IMG/VR virus record: IMGVR_UViG_3300037421_000079
Coordinates: 1 to 63,866 of that record
Length of the DNA: 63,866 nucleotides
Source of the DNA: a virus
Lineage: Duplodnaviria; Caudoviricetes
Strand: one strand, 5' to 3'
This document shows positions 63,048-63,866 of this stretch, piece after piece. The notes beneath the pieces are model-generated. The model did no database searches and was not told the origin of the DNA. It worked only from the letters and a program-made list of their open reading frames with translations. The translations under genes and the position numbers were made by a program. How positions within the stretch are numbered: position 1 is the stretch's first letter; each line of letters opens with the position of its first letter.

Positions 63048-63866
63048 TACCTCCCGTGCTTGAGCACCCGCTGCTCGGGCCAGGCCGCTCCGACCGCCGC
63101 GACGGTCGAGAACAGCACGTTGACGTTCTTCCACATCGACACCAGCCGAGTATCGTCCGGGACCAGGGTGGGTAGGGCGCCGTCGTCGTGCAGGATGAAC
63201 ATATTATAGTGAAAATTACGCATGCGCTTGCGTAATTTTTCCTTGCTTGATCCCATCGCGACGAGGGCATCCTCGTTCATCTCGCAAGTGATATAAGGAA
63301 CACCTCTGCGAAATCGACAATGATCTTCTAATAGTCCGGCCGCACCAATCATCACGCGTTCTTCTGCGCCTTCTACGTCAAGCTTAATCAACCGCGGTGT
63401 TCGCGGCATGCGTTGACGGCCCGTGTTGCAATAGTTGTCAAGAATCTCGGTCTTCACCACCACGCTGCCGGCCGCCTCGTGGTACTGAGCAAACGAGCAG
63501 GCGCCCGAGTCGTGCCCGTACCAGAACGGCATCTCGGTCTCGGTGCCCCACAGGGCGGTCGGGTGCACCTCGACGTTCTCGATCCCGTTGAGGGCGAGGT
63601 TGCGGTGCAGCTTGGCGAGGTTGACGGCGGCGGGCTCGAACGCCAGCACGCGGCCGGTGGGGCCAACCAGCCTTGACATGAGGCACGAGAAGAACCCCAC
63701 GTTGGCGCCCGCGTCGACCGCCAGGTCGCCCGGCCGCAGCACCCGGAGCATGAGGTGGACGACCTCGGGCTCGCACCACGTGGTCCCGTTCGCCTGGAAC
63801 TCGTTGACCATGGCGTCGTCGGCCCAGAAGCCGGGATCGTACGACATGTCGAACTCGACGGTGCGG
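63047..63866 (-). CDS. FkbM-family methyltransferase (starts at ~165 across the circular junction)
   Basis: VDAGANVG, AFEP, IKLDVEGAE; frame continues to GTG at 165. Confidence 0.9.
   Translation of the reverse strand, partial: RTVEFDMSYDPGFWADDAMVNEFQANGTTWCEPEVVHLMLRVLRPGDLAVDAGANVGFFSCLMSRLVGPTGRVLAFEPAAVNLAKLHRNLALNGIENVEVHPTALWGTETEMPFWYGHDSGACSFAQYHEAAGSVVVKTEILDNYCNTGRQRMPRTPRLIKLDVEGAEERVMIGAAGLLEDHCRFRRGVPYITCEMNEDALVAMGSSKEKLRKRMRNFHYNMFILHDDGALPTLVPDDTRLVSMWKNVNVLFSTVAAVGAAWPEQRVLKHGR
63740..63866. repeat. Terminal direct repeat, copy 2 (circular assembly overlap)
   Basis: Identical to 1-127; 127 bp is a common assembler k-mer overlap. Confidence 0.97.

Noticed and set aside
1-63866. 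tRNA/rRNA genes, tail sheath, tape measure, tyrosine integrase
   Set aside because: None recognised by eye; a tRNAscan/HMM run is needed to exclude them formally.

Overview
The window is an apparently complete, circularly assembled ~63.7 kb GC-rich dsDNA tailed-phage genome. Bases 1-127 equal 63740-63866, and an FkbM gene reads through that junction. The structural module (TerL, portal, scaffold, capsid, two adaptor paralogs, nozzle-like protein, three ejection-like proteins; no tape measure or sheath recognised) suggests a podovirus. The host is probably an alphaproteobacterium (Hyphomicrobiales), judged from an Omp25/RopB-like gene and a protein typical of alphaproteobacterial plasmids. Replication and recombination genes include PolA, Prim-Pol/VirE with an adjacent iteron origin, SNF2 helicase, VRR-NUC, PD-(D/E)XK nuclease, an SSB-like protein and a serine recombinase. 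The most striking observation is three IS1595-family (ISSod11-type ends) elements, each with a perfect 8-bp target duplication. One is autonomous and carries two passenger genes. The other two are transposase-less ~300-bp cassettes, each holding a single unrelated small gene between conserved ends with NrdR-box-like motifs. Also notable: a tail-fibre-position cluster of signal-peptide-bearing, Cys-paired proteins; a dispersed glycan-synthesis toolkit; an Acb2/Tad1-like candidate; and a recurring GTAGT operator-like motif. All product calls come from motif recognition by eye; no database searches were run.
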